A stretch of 64,000 nt of DNA from Balanoglossus misakiensis (lineage: Eukaryota; Animalia; Hemichordata): NCBI GenBank assembly GCA_040954595.2, contig CM082580.2, forward strand, positions 3,772,783-3,836,782, in the 5' to 3' direction. Below, piece after piece: positions 47,553 through 61,455 of the stretch. The notes beneath the pieces are model-generated. The model did not search any database. It saw only the letters and a list, made by a program, of their open reading frames with translations, and was not told the origin of the DNA. The position numbers were made by a program, and so were the translations under genes. The number at the start of each line of letters is the position of its first letter. The first letter of the stretch is position 1.

Positions 47553-49090
47553 TTAGACAATGTTTTTTTAAGCAAAAAAGTGGTAGACTTCCATTCTGGA
47601 TTTGATTCAGGAAAATGCAGGTATTCTTGTAGAGTCGTAAACATTTTTAAATGAAACTTGCAGATTGCTGTTGAATACATAGTACAGAATACCTAAAGTC
47701 ACGTATGTACATATGTAAGAAATTACATTGAGGGATTGTGAGAATAAAAAACATCTAGACTCTTTAAAACTGAAATTCTATGCAAGCCTTAAACTGTTAG
47801 CGCTGCTCCCTTTTTACAATTTTGATTCCTTCTGTCTATTAGTCTTTTTTCTGATTTTGTTTCAACTTTGAATAGTTGAGTTTAAACCTAGAAATCTGAT
47901 GATCTCTCTCATGCCCATAACGTAACCTAAACTATGGTCTGTCTTGTCCTGTGACGTCATTTCCGGCACATTTCTTGTACGTCACATGTTAATTTGTCTA
48001 CAAATAATGACCTTCAACATGGTACAGTGACCAGAACAACATAACCTGATGCCTAAAATAAAAAAATATCCAAAATTATGTCAAATGACATTTTCCCATT
48101 GGAGGTATGTAATCGCACGGTCTGTCATGGTATCTGGAGTAACCAGGGATACTGCGATATACTAGTATATAACTTATAGTGCGAAAAGCAAAAGTAATTG
48201 TATTATTTGTCGCTTACGTAGCATTTTCGAAAACTTTCAAAATGTAGTATATAATTGGGTTAGTACTTTTTGCTCTATACCCGAAAATTTTTGTCGTTGT
48301 CAGACTTTAAATGGATCATGGATCAAAAATGTGGAAATTGAATGCTGACTGGTGTGTATGCCTATACGGGGAGTACTATACTAGTTAAAGCACATGCCTA
48401 TAAAAACGTAACTCCGGACAGATATGGTGGCAACGACCCGCATTGCCTATGAACATGAGAAAGGGCTAGTCTACAGGGTACTTTTAACTCCGCCATCGAT
48501 GCACTTTATTTTCCAACCCTTCACAAAAGAACATCAAAGTCTGTATTGACAATATGAAGTGTTCGCTTTGTATGCATGGGTGTCATCAGGTCACCTCGCC
48601 ATTCAGTGAAAGTTTACACAATTCTATTTAGTGCAGGTTATAGGTAAAATAGTCTTTATTCATTTTTCCAATTGAATATGGGTGTATTCATTCTGCAGTC
48701 CCCGTCAGATTAACTACGCCCCGACAGTCATCGCCGAGATTTTTCTCTGCAGTGGATCTGTCTGAAATCTGAGCAAGCTAAAACGTCGCGGGATTTCAAG
48801 TTGGCGCGTTCGTGGCGCAGATTGAGGAGGACACTGCACTGTTCGTATCTCCGCGGTCGGTTTCTTCAGAAGACGAGATTCGTTATTGGATTCAGATTCG
48901 GAGTAAATCTGCAGCAGTAACTTCTCTGACTCGACCGCTTGGAATACTCACTCACTTTGCACTGAGCTGACCTGACACAAGTTGGTTCGACCAAACGTCA
49001 GCAATTCTACCGAAGCTCGGGATATTTGAAAAGTCTGGAATATTGGCAAATTGGAAAAGAAGGCAATATTTGACAAAAGAACGGATCAAC

Positions 49091-52000
49091 ATGCCGAAGG
49101 TGAAAGTAACCATAACAACGCTCCATAGTGTGTACACCAGCAAAAACGCTTCTTTATTTATCAAGTTCATCGGAGATGGAGTCAACAACAAACCTATTCC
49201 ATTAACGGTGAGATGTAACACATCGCATTTTTCTCTATTACCGTCACATTTTTATTATGACAGGGGCAGTGGCTTTATAAAGCTAAGATCCAATGAAGAG
49301 ACTTCTGTATTAGATTGTTGTGTTTAGGGGGAGTCTAGAGATACAAAACTAACCCGCAATGTTGAAAATGGCATAGTTTGGCTGTGAAGAAAGGCTACTA
49401 GGCGTGGTGCGGGAACACGACATCTGGGCGTGGTCTTAAAAATGGTTCAGGTCAGTGGCGGTTCGACCCAAAGGCAGTTATTAACCAGGCGTAAAATAAG
49501 CCTTTTGTAGCTTTAACACGAGAACGTAAACTATATATGCACGTTGATATATAAATCATCCTTTCTGTTGGGCGTTTTAAACCTACTATGCCGTGCAAAC
49601 GTTGTTTTTACGCGAGTGATGCAGTTTTTTTTGCGGCAGTTCTGCGGCAGTACAGCAGAATATATGACGTCACCTGTTCCATTGTCATTATTAAAAGAAT
49701 GTATAAAACCAATTATTTAGAGTTACATTGATTTCAGATTTAATTGTAATTCTTTAGGTGGTGTTTGTCGGGAAGATGTATTGTACTACCTCTGAGACAT
49801 TTCATTTTAGCTTTATCACTGTACGGTTTCAGGTGTATCATTTGCAGACTGTAACAGTGTCGTTGATTGCGTTCCGTTGTAAGGTTTAATATTACAAGTA
49901 AAGCTAGGGACAAAGTCTCTCTCTCGCTGCCCCTTTCCATGAATCATGTTTATAAGACACCGTTTAGGTTATTCTACATTTGCATATATAGTGAATCAAC
50001 TTTCTATCACACACAACTTCCATCCCACTTGCAGAATATGAGAGTAAAAATCTCGCCAAAATGAATAAATGGTAAAGAACGATTATTGATTTTGGTGAGT
50101 TTTTCACTCATGTGTCTACAAGTGGGATGGAAGTTGTGTGTGGTCAAATGTTGATTCACTATATACCCACATATACATTAACATAAATGGTGTCTAGTAT
50201 CAAACCTAATTAATGGTAAAAGGGCAGCAAGAGAGAGACTTTGTCCCTTTAATCACTCATTAGGACAAAAATGGTTGGTTGAACTCACCGTTGTTTCGAA
50301 AATGGGAGAAAGAGCCGGATTCCACCGACTTCAGGGCAGCGAACGGAAGACTGAAAAATGTCGACGATGACGATGATGATGGCAAGCAGACATTTCGAAT
50401 AAAAGTGCCAAAACCTTTCAACTTGATGGCTGTGAGCAAAATCGAAATAGGTAAGTTTGCGTGCATTTTGGTAAATTTATATCGAACCTGCTTTGACCAC
50501 GACAGTGAAATTCGTTCGTTTTATAGCACTTTGAACGCTATCAACGCCCATATTTTGTCATCAGATGCCTTGACTAAGATTCAAAGAACAACGGAGTAGG
50601 CTATTTTGATCATAAGACGTTGAGATGAGTAAACTGCGCGTAACCAGACTCTTCAATAAACGGGATAGTTATAATAGTTGCTAGTTAAAACAATAGGCCT
50701 ACACAACAAAATATCACAATATGGACATAGCTTTGGTAAATTAACCCATAGAAAAATATCCAAACACTAAAACATCATTACTCAGATTTGCTCGATTGTC
50801 ATTCAGGTTTTGATAACTCGAGATTTGTTGATGGATGGTTGATTGGAAACATAACCATTGAAGATTCCAGAAGAACGATCCTGCATTTCAACGGTCCTGG
50901 TACCTATGGATACTGGCATCGTGGTTCTATGACTCTTACGGCTGAGAGATTTCTCAAAATCGATGATTCGGTAAGTCACATGATCTCATGACGTCACCCT
51001 AATACCCAAGAAATTTTGACTGGATAAAAATAAAGCCATCTGACCCAAGCCTGACCCATCTCACACGCTTTCCTTCCACATTTCCTCAAGTTTTTACCCA
51101 GCCGATTTGTCATGGGACCAATATTGGGTTTCCGTGGAACGTCAGATTATGGACGCTATCAACTGAGTTGTCTGTTGGTTTCTGAGGGTCTGGAAGCTCA
51201 ACTTGATTCCTTGGAATTCGTCGTCACTACAGCAGATGGGACACAAAGTGAGTAAGGACACTACGACAGTCATTTGTTGTTCTTGACGACGACGACTAGT
51301 ACTACGTTGTTGTTGTTGTTGTCGTTATCATTTACATAATTTCCCCACGTTTTCTGGTCTCTTCTTGGATTTCTAGGCAAAATAAAGAATATCGCTTGCC
51401 TCAGCTAAAGAAAAGACAAATTTTACGCATAATTATATTTTTAAATAGCCAGAAAGGAAATGACGCAAAAAGACAAAAAGAATAGACATTCATGTCAGAA
51501 TCTTGAATCTCAAACTCCAAAGTTTATGTTTTGAGCTGTAAATAATAAACACTTTGTCTGTGGTCTTTAAGATATGAACACTGCTTGATTCGTAAGATTG
51601 CTTTTATTTTTTTATTTTTAATGGACAGCGATCGGTAGTGGACGTACCAACATGTTACCTAGACCAATAGCGATATGTGGACGATATAAACTGTGGCGGT
51701 ATGACTGGGAAGTGCCACGTGACAAGACGCAGGTAAGTGATTGGAAAACTCTTCATTACGTCATAAAACATGTTCTGTATGTATACTAGTATTTTAGAGC
51801 GGTTACCACATCAGGATTACTAAGAATAGCAAAATGTCTGACTTCACAACTTGGCAACTTTGTCAAGGGACATCAGTTGAACCTTCGAATATTTTTTGAC
51901 CAATGTTGTTCTGTGTACATTACCGTACATTGCTCTCCTGAATTCGAAACAAAATGTGCGATGCAAAATTTGTGTTCATCAACACAGCCAGTTCATCATC

Positions 52001-52646
52001 AGCAACGAATGTTTGTCGACATATCTGTCTGAGTACGGAATTAGGTTCAATGGTGTGACCCCCCCCCCTCCCCTCCGCGATGACAAGCCGAATTCAACCT
52101 CTTCAAACATGTTTCTAAAACAGGGGTGTATAATTTGTACGCTAAACAATGTGTTGAAAGGAGGTTATCAGTGTATTAATCATGCTTTCAGAATAAGAGA
52201 AAGAAACTGAAGTTGTTTTTTCGATGTCTTTAGTACACCATGAATTATTTGTTGGAAAGACAATTACCAAAAGTTATAAATACCCTTAACGCAAAAAAGA
52301 CAATCTTTTCATTCCTCTCCAGAATTTCATTTGTAAGTACACCCTTCCGGATCACCGTTCGTTTTCCTGTCACGTCCCGGCGTTCAACACTTACCCACGA
52401 GTGGCTTTCGCCGCTTTCTCCGGTCCCCGCAGCAATGAACAGGAAACAAAGGAAGACAACACAAATGTCATGTGGATCCACATGAGAAATGCGCACAAGG
52501 ACAAACCGTTCCATTTACTGCTCTTGGGAGGAAATAACGTGAGTGCAGATGACATGGTCCAAGAAATATTGGAGGTAGATACGAATTTTTGTCTTCACAG
52601 GTTGATATTTTATCGGTTTTCTATAACTATTTTATCACTGTAAATA

Positions 52647-52703
<57 letters not shown>

Positions 52704-55700
52704 GGTAGTCGTCGTCATCATCAGCTGCAGTTTCATTATTGCGAATCCCTGGTCATAAACAAAACGCCAACACTATCATCAGGCCTTCGTTAGCACAGCT
52801 ATTCTTTCCGACAACGATAAGTAAGACTGACTAGCAGCTCTTTGCTTGCCTTACTTTCCCAGTTTGTCCCTTTATGTCATTCCAGGAACGACGTCTAAAG
52901 GGCTTTGATGATTCTGACGTCACTAATCTTCGGAACGAGGCCAGGAGAAAATACTTCGAGCTGTACATAAGTCAATGGCGACACCCAGAACAGTCTTGTA
53001 TGATGGCCAGAGTGCCAACACTCATGATGTGTGAGTTTTATCATGTTTTCCCGTAATAATTCGTATTATCAATAAAGCCTTATTTTTATTCGGCAATTTC
53101 TGGTTTCAGAAATCTCAAGATCGCGGACTTAGCGATTTATGTCTCATTCATGAGATAGGTCGGTATCTGAATGCTGTAGCAAACGATGGCATCGTGTTAT
53201 CAGAAGCTACCGTATTCATAATTTATAATTTACAGGGGACGACCACGACATTTTCAGTGGTTGGGGTTCAGTTCCACCGTCGATCGAGGAACAAGAAATC
53301 TACAAAGCAGCGAAGGAATACTTCATTTCATTTCAACTGAAAGGTTATCGAACTCTGAGTGCAAGACCTGCGCAGTGAGTCAACTACATCTTCTTTTTGG
53401 TCACCTTTTTGAAATGTATAAATTTCACAATTGTCTGCAGTAATTTTTGAAAGAATCAAATGTTTGGTGATAGTTTGAGAACGACAAGCAAACGGTGTCG
53501 ACACAACCTGAATATGCGCACAAGATATAGACACAATGGGCAAAGGACATTACAGATTGGATCGTCGTATTTTTTGGGTCACTGCATATATCTGACCTGG
53601 TAGGTTTCACTCTAATTGCAAAAGAAAGTAAGCTGAAATGTCAACGGCTATAAAATTGGACCCATTCAAACGAAAAACTTCACACAGAAGGCAACGTAAA
53701 GATTTTATCATCGCTTGATTTATAGGGTGTTTCTGGGACTCATAAAGTGATTAAAGGCGTGTGACCATTATGCTTTACTGAGAAACTCAATAGCCTATGA
53801 TTTTACGAAAATTCTGCTGTTGTTCGAGAACAAAGTGACGTGTGCGTTAAACTGTCAGTAGGATATTTAACATTTGAAACGCATAAATTCAGCTATCTAG
53901 GTCCTAACCCATTTGTGGTTTGTGTTTTTTTTTCAAGCATGAGTGTGGTCAACGTGCATCAGATGTCCGTCAATTGGTTACACCCACCATCAGTACAATT
54001 ACGGGAACCGTACCATGATCCGGGACCTTTCTCACACTTCTTGACATTCGGTGACGTCGGCTTTTTGGTAAATTGAACTTTACGTGTTTCATTATATTCG
54101 ACTCTACATCGATCAGAATTGGTGTGAGTGAACAGGGATAGAAATAGTGACATATAGAAAAGAGAAAGAGGGAGTGAGAGACAGGCAGACAGAGACAGAA
54201 AGACACAGGCAGATAGAGAGATAGACAGACAGACGTAAACATAGACAGACAGAAAGGCAAGCAGGCCTGCAAGCATTACATAGAATATAACATAAAAATG
54301 ATTGAATAGGACTACATTGAATGGAAAATATGAAAAATGAGACATTCTGTCATAAACGTTGAGACTCCTTGAAAGAGTTCAATAATTTCTTTGTTTTGTG
54401 AAATACTTTTATCTTTATTCTTGTGGCAAATTCCTGTGTTTCCTTGATATATTACCGGTAACCCTTTTGCGACTTTAAAATATTTCCCTACGCCATTTCC
54501 AGCTTTTAGATCACCGATCTGAGCGAACCATTGATCGAATCATGAGCGAAGACACTTGGAGAGAATTGACGGGAATTCTCGATGTTATCCACGGCACCAA
54601 GCACATGTTCGTCGTTATTCCTGTTCCAATCATCTTCGTAGAGTCAGACTCGTCGAAATCCACGTACAAAAAGTCGTCGCATAGAAAATCATCATCGAAA
54701 TCGTCGTCATCGTCATCAAGGACATCGTCTTCACAGACGATCAAAATCGTAGAAAAGCGTGGAAGGAGGAAGAAGAAAGTTTCCGTCAAACAGGTACCAG
54801 TAAATCGATAGTGTCGTCACTGCATGTCATGTTGTTTTGAGTCGCCAAAGGGATTGCTATGTATAGACCCAAAGACTTAGATTGGCATGATGCTGTTTGT
54901 CTGTTACATCCGAACGCAGAAAATACCTACTTGGATTCTGACGAGCGTATTTTCATAGCTGCAAGTAGACCCACACGCACAAACTAAATACGTTTCCTAT
55001 GTGTGTTATGTGTGAAGTTTGGACATTTGTGCACAAATACTAGCCCCTCTTTTAAATAGAGGACGGTTGTATGGTTGGATGTTCTGCCGTGGTGAGACTA
55101 ACCAAAATCCACCATGGTTGAACAACAATGTGATCTATCATTGGTGAATCAACCATGTATGCTATATCATGGTTGGACTGACCATGATCTGCCATGGTGG
55201 GACCGACCATATTTCACAATGGTTATCGTTATCCATCTCATCCATATTTTCTTTTGTGGTTGTCCATCATCATGGTGGCAACAAGCATGCTTTACATGTA
55301 TAGCCAAGTGGTATGATAAACGAAGTGCAAGTCTTGGTCGTGTATACCTAACGTTTACACAATCCTTTTCTATGGCTGTTTGCCAAGATTCTCATTCACA
55401 GAACTGTAACCTTTACCAGTATATTACCAAACTATAGTTAATAAACCAATTCCATGATAACATCGCTGGAATTAACAGCGTGTTTGGTTGTGTGCATTTG
55501 TTTCTTCCAGTCACGTGAGGGATTCTCAGATCACAGTCACGACGACGACGATATCGACGGCGACGTGGCCAACCTGTGGACGTCGCCCTACCACGACTTT
55601 GAAAGAAAACGCCTCATCAAGTTATTGCTGGACTTTTCTCGGCGAAAGAGAGTGAAGGTGTCCATTCTGTCTGGTGACGCTTGTGCCGGCCACTGGGGAA

Positions 55701-57286
55701 AGATAGTTTCTGAAAGTGACGTCACAATCGACGTTGTGACCCTGTCATCGATAACAAATCCTAGGGACAAGACCGTGAGTATACTGAACACTGGGCGTGT
55801 CACAGATTTGTGTACAGTGACAACCAAACTTTTCCCGGTGAATTTCCTCAGATGAAAATATCAAGATTGCATTTAAAGGGGAGGGTTTGCTGTTCCAGTT
55901 TTCATTCGATTTTTTATGTTTTCAATCTGTCCTTTATATCGATAATTTTTTTCTGTACCGATAGAAATATCGCATTTTGATGGGAATGGGAAATTATTTG
56001 TCTAAAGAATTCTTTAAGAATTCATATAAAAACTATACATCGTAAATATAAGCTGTCTCTTGAAATATGCGTCCCTCATCCTTAGTCCAGTGTTCACTGA
56101 ATAGATCAACAATAAGTATAAGATGGTTCGATAAATGACTGGAAACAATGAGAGACAGAAATTGACAAAGCTTAATTAATTCGTTTTGTACTACTCGTCT
56201 TGCTCAATCGACCTGTTGGTCTCTGTTGGGTCCATTACTGTAGTATCTTTCAGTTCTCCATCAACTCATTCGTAGAACTCAATGTACCGCTTATATCAGC
56301 TGATAGGCATCTTCGACCACTTTGAGATACATGACACCAAAATTGACGTCGACGAGTTTGTTGGCCTTGATGAGAAACACTCGAGTAGCTGGGATCGCTC
56401 ATTGATAGTGCAAAATGAAACATATTTGCAAGAACCGTTCGAGACACTGATACTCACGTGAGGATCAGCAACTCTGCGTGGAATTTCCAACAAACATATT
56501 CGTTGCCTTCTTTTCCGACAGGCTTCATTGGGTCTGCATATGGCGAGACACCATGCAACGGAGTTCTTCTGTCTTCCTGAGCACGGCAGAGTCAGACTCT
56601 CTCTTGACGAGATCTCAGAGAGAAATTTCGATAACTACGTCATCGCTGCTCAAAACTTCCTGATATTGGATCCACAAGCCACCACATTGGTAAGAATTGT
56701 GACCGCAATTAACCTGATATGAAGGTCCATCGACATTCCCTTTTATGTCATTGGCTTATGGCATGCAGTTAGAGGTGGTGTAATAAACGACCATCTTCAG
56801 AGAATAGTATGTTGACAAAATGGACGACCACCAGTATTTGTGTCTTGCAAGAACAGTTTCATGGAAGATATCAATCTATTGTTAATCTAAATACAGCATT
56901 ATTATTTCTTCGATATTGTCACAAGAAAATTAACCTGCACGGGAAGTTTTACTTTTCCGCAGAACAACCAAAAAGTAACTGTTCTGTGATTTATAGGTAT
57001 TTTTATTTTAAATTTAAGGAACTAATAAGCATAGAGATGTATTAAACCAATGCAAGCGGAAATACATTCTCATTCGGATGTTGTTTGTATTCCGACGTGT
57101 ATGCTCTAACCTGTAATTTGTTGTTTTGTATTTTGACAGGGTCAACACACAGGGCGATACGATGCAACATTCGTCGGGAGGCCAGAGAAACTGTATGAGA
57201 AAACCAAACCGAAACGGTTGTTGCTTACTGAACCGAAGAAATACACGAAAACTGTGGAGAATTACCAAGGACCAGGGTCCTATTAG
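49091..57286 (+). CDS. PLAT-like domain plus PhoD-like metallophosphatase, paralog A (about 754 aa)
   Basis: 13 in-phase GT-AG exons: 49091-49207, 50264-50450, 50807-50970, 51091-51247, 51629-51732, 52323-52574, 52886-53030, 53236-53374, 53938-54067, 54503-54793, 55511-55774, 56522-56689 and 57140-57286. Motifs MGPILGFRG, LWRYDW, KPFHLLLLGGNNVSAD, PTLMMWDDHDIFSGWGS, LDHRSER and VSILSGD. Confidence 0.85.
49906..50248. mobile_element. Kolobok-type foldback MITE family A
   Basis: AGGGACAAAGTCTCTCTCTCGCTGCCC...GGGCAGCAAGAGAGAGACTTTGTCCCT|TTAA; the left TTAA is not intact. Confidence 0.85.
52648..52703. repeat. (CAT)n microsatellite
   Basis: Perfect CAT run in an intron. Confidence 0.95.
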
Positions 57287-58154
57287 TATCAGCAGGATGA
57301 GATAGTTAGGTTTGGGAGGGAATTTTCAGTTAAAGTTAAACCTTCGACAGCGAGAAATGTACACATCTGAGTCGATTTAATCAAACGCAATGTTGCGCTT
57401 GTACACACAATCTACTGTTTTATGCAAATATAAATAAACAAGGCTGTGTAGTTGAGTAAATACTAATTAACAGAATTAACGAATGATATTGAAAGCTCAG
57501 TTTAATTATTCCAATAATATAAATTACAGAATGATCAATATTTCAGTCACGTAGTAGTAATGGTTTCAGCCATTTTGATAACGCAGTGTTTCAGATGTTT
57601 AGTGTATGCCAAATGTCGGTGTTGAAATACTGTAGGAAATATTCCTTGCAGCGTCAACCTTCAAATTAGAGAATTTGGAGTATTGGGAGAAATAAATAAT
57701 GTTTAGAGAAAATCTGATGACATCTTTAAATAGAAAATATCAGAAAAGGTTAAAACGTTCACCAGAGTTTGAACTTTGATTTTCAATTTCCAAATCTTAT
57801 TATACATATTGATGTAATTAGAGATGTATTTATGATGATTTCTGAAGTTTTGCTTGGGGAGAGGCTCGTTATAACTGCGGCCAAGAAGATAGCTCAACTC
57901 ATGTACAAGAAACTAATAAATCGCAAACGTCGAAAAGTTATATTTATGGACAATACAGAAGTTATCACTTTAAAATTAGGTCCAAAGGGGATCACTTAGA
58001 GGTTGTACAGAACAATATTGGAAGGAGTTTACTCGTGTTGTACCGAAACGAGTTCCGCGATTTATTCCACGAAAGACGACAGCGCCGAAAAATCCCACAT
58101 ACTTCTAACTTTTAGGAAGATTTCTTTCAGGTGATAGATTATTACGTATGATGC

Positions 58155-58241
58155 TTTGTTTTGTTTTGTTTTGTTTTGTTTTGTTTTGTTTTGCTTTGCT
58201 TTGCTTTGATTTGTTTTGTTTTGTTTTGTTTTGTTTTGTTT
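58155..58241. repeat. (TTTTG)n microsatellite
   Basis: Pentanucleotide run between the two PhoD-like paralogues. Confidence 0.9.
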
Positions 58242-59269
58242 ACTCAACAATGTCGAATATTGAATATGAACAGACAGTCCATATCATCTTACGATGTAAC
58301 AACAATCAATAAGACGAAATGAAATATTATGACATCGAATATTGTACAAGGGAATTAAGTTTACCACCTTCATAGGGCGTTAATCAGCCAAGCAACATAG
58401 ATTCCCTTAGGAATAGAAAAGAAATGCAAATATTTGACTTTACGATGCAAAAGTGGTGTTTTCCTTTGTAGCCAACAGCTGTTACCTACCATGTACTCTG
58501 TATTTTACTGATTAAGATATTTATGTTAATTATTTACAAATATGTTTTGATAAAAAATATCTGAACCCCATTTCACATGATATATTGTATGAAGCAATGT
58601 ACTGTCGATACAATGTGATAATGTTCTCCACTGTTTCCGTATCAATCTATGTAAAGAATAGTAAGATAGTCTTGCCAATAAATTATTATGTGATCATATA
58701 CTGCTTCTGTTCTGATGCAAAGTATCTTCAGCTGCACTGAAAATCCCACTAATAGTGTCAGTGGTGTCGTATTTTAGTCGTTCACACAAAGGAGGACCTC
58801 TATAACCTCTCACTCTATACGACCTGCTCTGCGTCTTTGCCACATTTACATTAGAATGGTACTATTATCTGCATTCTATTGTCAAGCACGTCTGCGAAGG
58901 TATCATTAGCCTGGCCGCCACCCCATTCACAAACAGGTCAACTGTGTGAGTATTGGTATGGCAGACATCTTGAAACGCTTCGCCACTGTGTAGGCCTACG
59001 TATACAACCGAACATATTGTAGGTTGACCAGCTTTATATTCTAGACTGTTTACAACCATGGTTGAAGCAGGGGCTTTGAAAGCTGGACTGGAAACCAAGA
59101 CTGGATTTAAGTGGCATATATTATTCGTGCGTTTTTAACACACACTGATGTTGTTTATGTGAGACACACATTGGAAACTGTCACCAGAGAAAGTCAAAGA
59201 TCCGTATACGCTAATGCGGCAACACCCCTCCAGTCGAATTTGGTGATTGACGCTTGATTGTTTCCGACG

Positions 59270-61424
59270 ATGACGAAGAAATGGAAAGTGACTATTACCA
59301 CCAAGCATTGTGTTTATTCCGCTAAAGATGCCCAGATCTACATACGTCTTCTCGGTCGCCAGGAGTCGACCCCCTTAATTAAGTTAAAGGTAAGTCTACA
59401 CATAGACAGTAGAAAAAATGGTCTACACTACATAATGTTGGCAAAAAGTATGTCCACCAACGCCTCCTATGGGTAAAACTATAACCATTTTAAAACACTG
59501 CTACTAGAGTCTGGTGTGGACAGAATATACAACTTCTCCAGTGTCGGCGTGAATGAAACACTGCTTTGTGCAGCGACAGGCGAATTCTGTCGCTGTGAAG
59601 CTGACTTGAAAAGTAACTTCACTTAGGAACTGCAGTTTATAAACTTTTCACACATAACACTGTTCCGATTCATTGGCTCTAGAAACTATCCGCACATCCA
59701 GCATTTCATATATGGTCGTTAAAAAAACATGATTCGAAATTGGTGGATCAGAAAGACCTGCCTCATTCAGGTCACCATAGACAATGCCAACGTACGATGT
59801 TCACCTTATCTCGCCTCTGTCCTCACGTAGCTGGCAAACGAGGATGAGTTCACGCGGAAAGTATTCTAAATCACAGAGAAATTGAGCGTGTCCACGTATA
59901 ATATTTCCTGTTCCCCTAAATCAAATGTGGCTATATTTCCCAGACATATCAGGGGCAACAATCACCTAGGTAACATTGAGTGCGTCATACTCACGCCAAA
60001 CAACTTTCCTTTTCTTCGTTAGTCAAAATACGCATGGGAAAATGATCCGTTATTCCGACTTTGGGAAAGGGATCCAGTGGAAACCTATCTGTCAAGAAAT
60101 GATCCGAAAGCAAAGAAGAAAACGGAAGAGGAGGGAAAGCAAACGTTTGAAATTGGAGTTTCTGACAACCTGACGATCGACAAATTAGAAAAGTTAGAAA
60201 TCGGTAAGTCGGTCGGTGGTGACATAATCCATATTGTGAACTCAGTCAGTTGTTACGATTTGCAATGCAAGCTGTCAAATTTTGAAAGGAGAAAGTATAC
60301 ATTGCAAAGATGCCAGTTTTCGTACATGAACTTGTACTAAATCGTGCTCTCTCGTCGACTACTGCTCTAAGAGGGGGTAGTGGTTTACTACGACATTACA
60401 AATGCTCGAGTTCGTTTCTTTGTTGTTGTTTTTAGAGTCTTCAACCATGTACATTATGTGCAGCATTTATTTGTAGTACAGATATCACCCGTGTGTTTTA
60501 GTTTTAGACAAATTTATGAAATATTTTGAAACTTCAAACACATTTTGTCACTCACCTATAGATACGACAAATTCTGTTCACCAGGTCATGACATTTCTCG
60601 TTTTGTTGATGGTTGGTTGATTGGAACCATCACTGTGCAAGACAGTCGCGGAGCAGTGGTGTATTTCAACGGACCGAAGACGTTTGGTCATTGGCTGAGA
60701 GGTATCATGATATTAAACGTCGAAAGTTTTCTCAAAGGCGAGGAAAAGGTACGAGAAGACATGTTCTTGGAACGCATTGACAATGTGTCGGTTGTCAAAA
60801 TGTGCTAAATAAATGGGCAGCCAAATTTCTTTAAACGAGAATTGTGATTGGTGGATCAGCAACGTTGTTTACTGTTACCGCGATAGTTTTGTGTTTTCTT
60901 GTCGGTAATTAAAACAGATTTTACTTTCCGTTTTCTTTTTACGCCACAGCATGTACAATAAACGACAAGCTACGACTAACTCTCGAAAACCGCGCTTCTT
61001 TTTGTACCTCCGAAAGATGGTTACGTGTGGGTACTGTAGTTTGCATCACAATCTCTCTGTCAGTTGTATAGTGACCACCATATCGTTTGACGAGCTTTCG
61101 TCTCGGTGTGATGGATGAAATTCACAGTAAACCTTTGTATTTTAACCAGGATATTCCACATCGTTTTGTGATGGGTCCCGTGCTTGGGTTTCGAGGTACA
61201 ACAGAGCTAGGCGACTATCAGTTATCTGCGTTGGTTGTAACAGAGGGAGCAGAAGGTACGGGCCTGGAACCATTGGAGTTCCAGATCTTTCCGACTAATG
61301 CCACCACAGCTGAAGGTAAGTTGGCTGGAGCATGACTTGTGACTGATGAGTATTTTGCCATAGAAGTGTTTATAGTTTATATTTTGTAATTTCGTTTATT
61401 TTCAACGTGTACAATGCAAATTTT

Positions 61425-61455
<31 letters not shown>

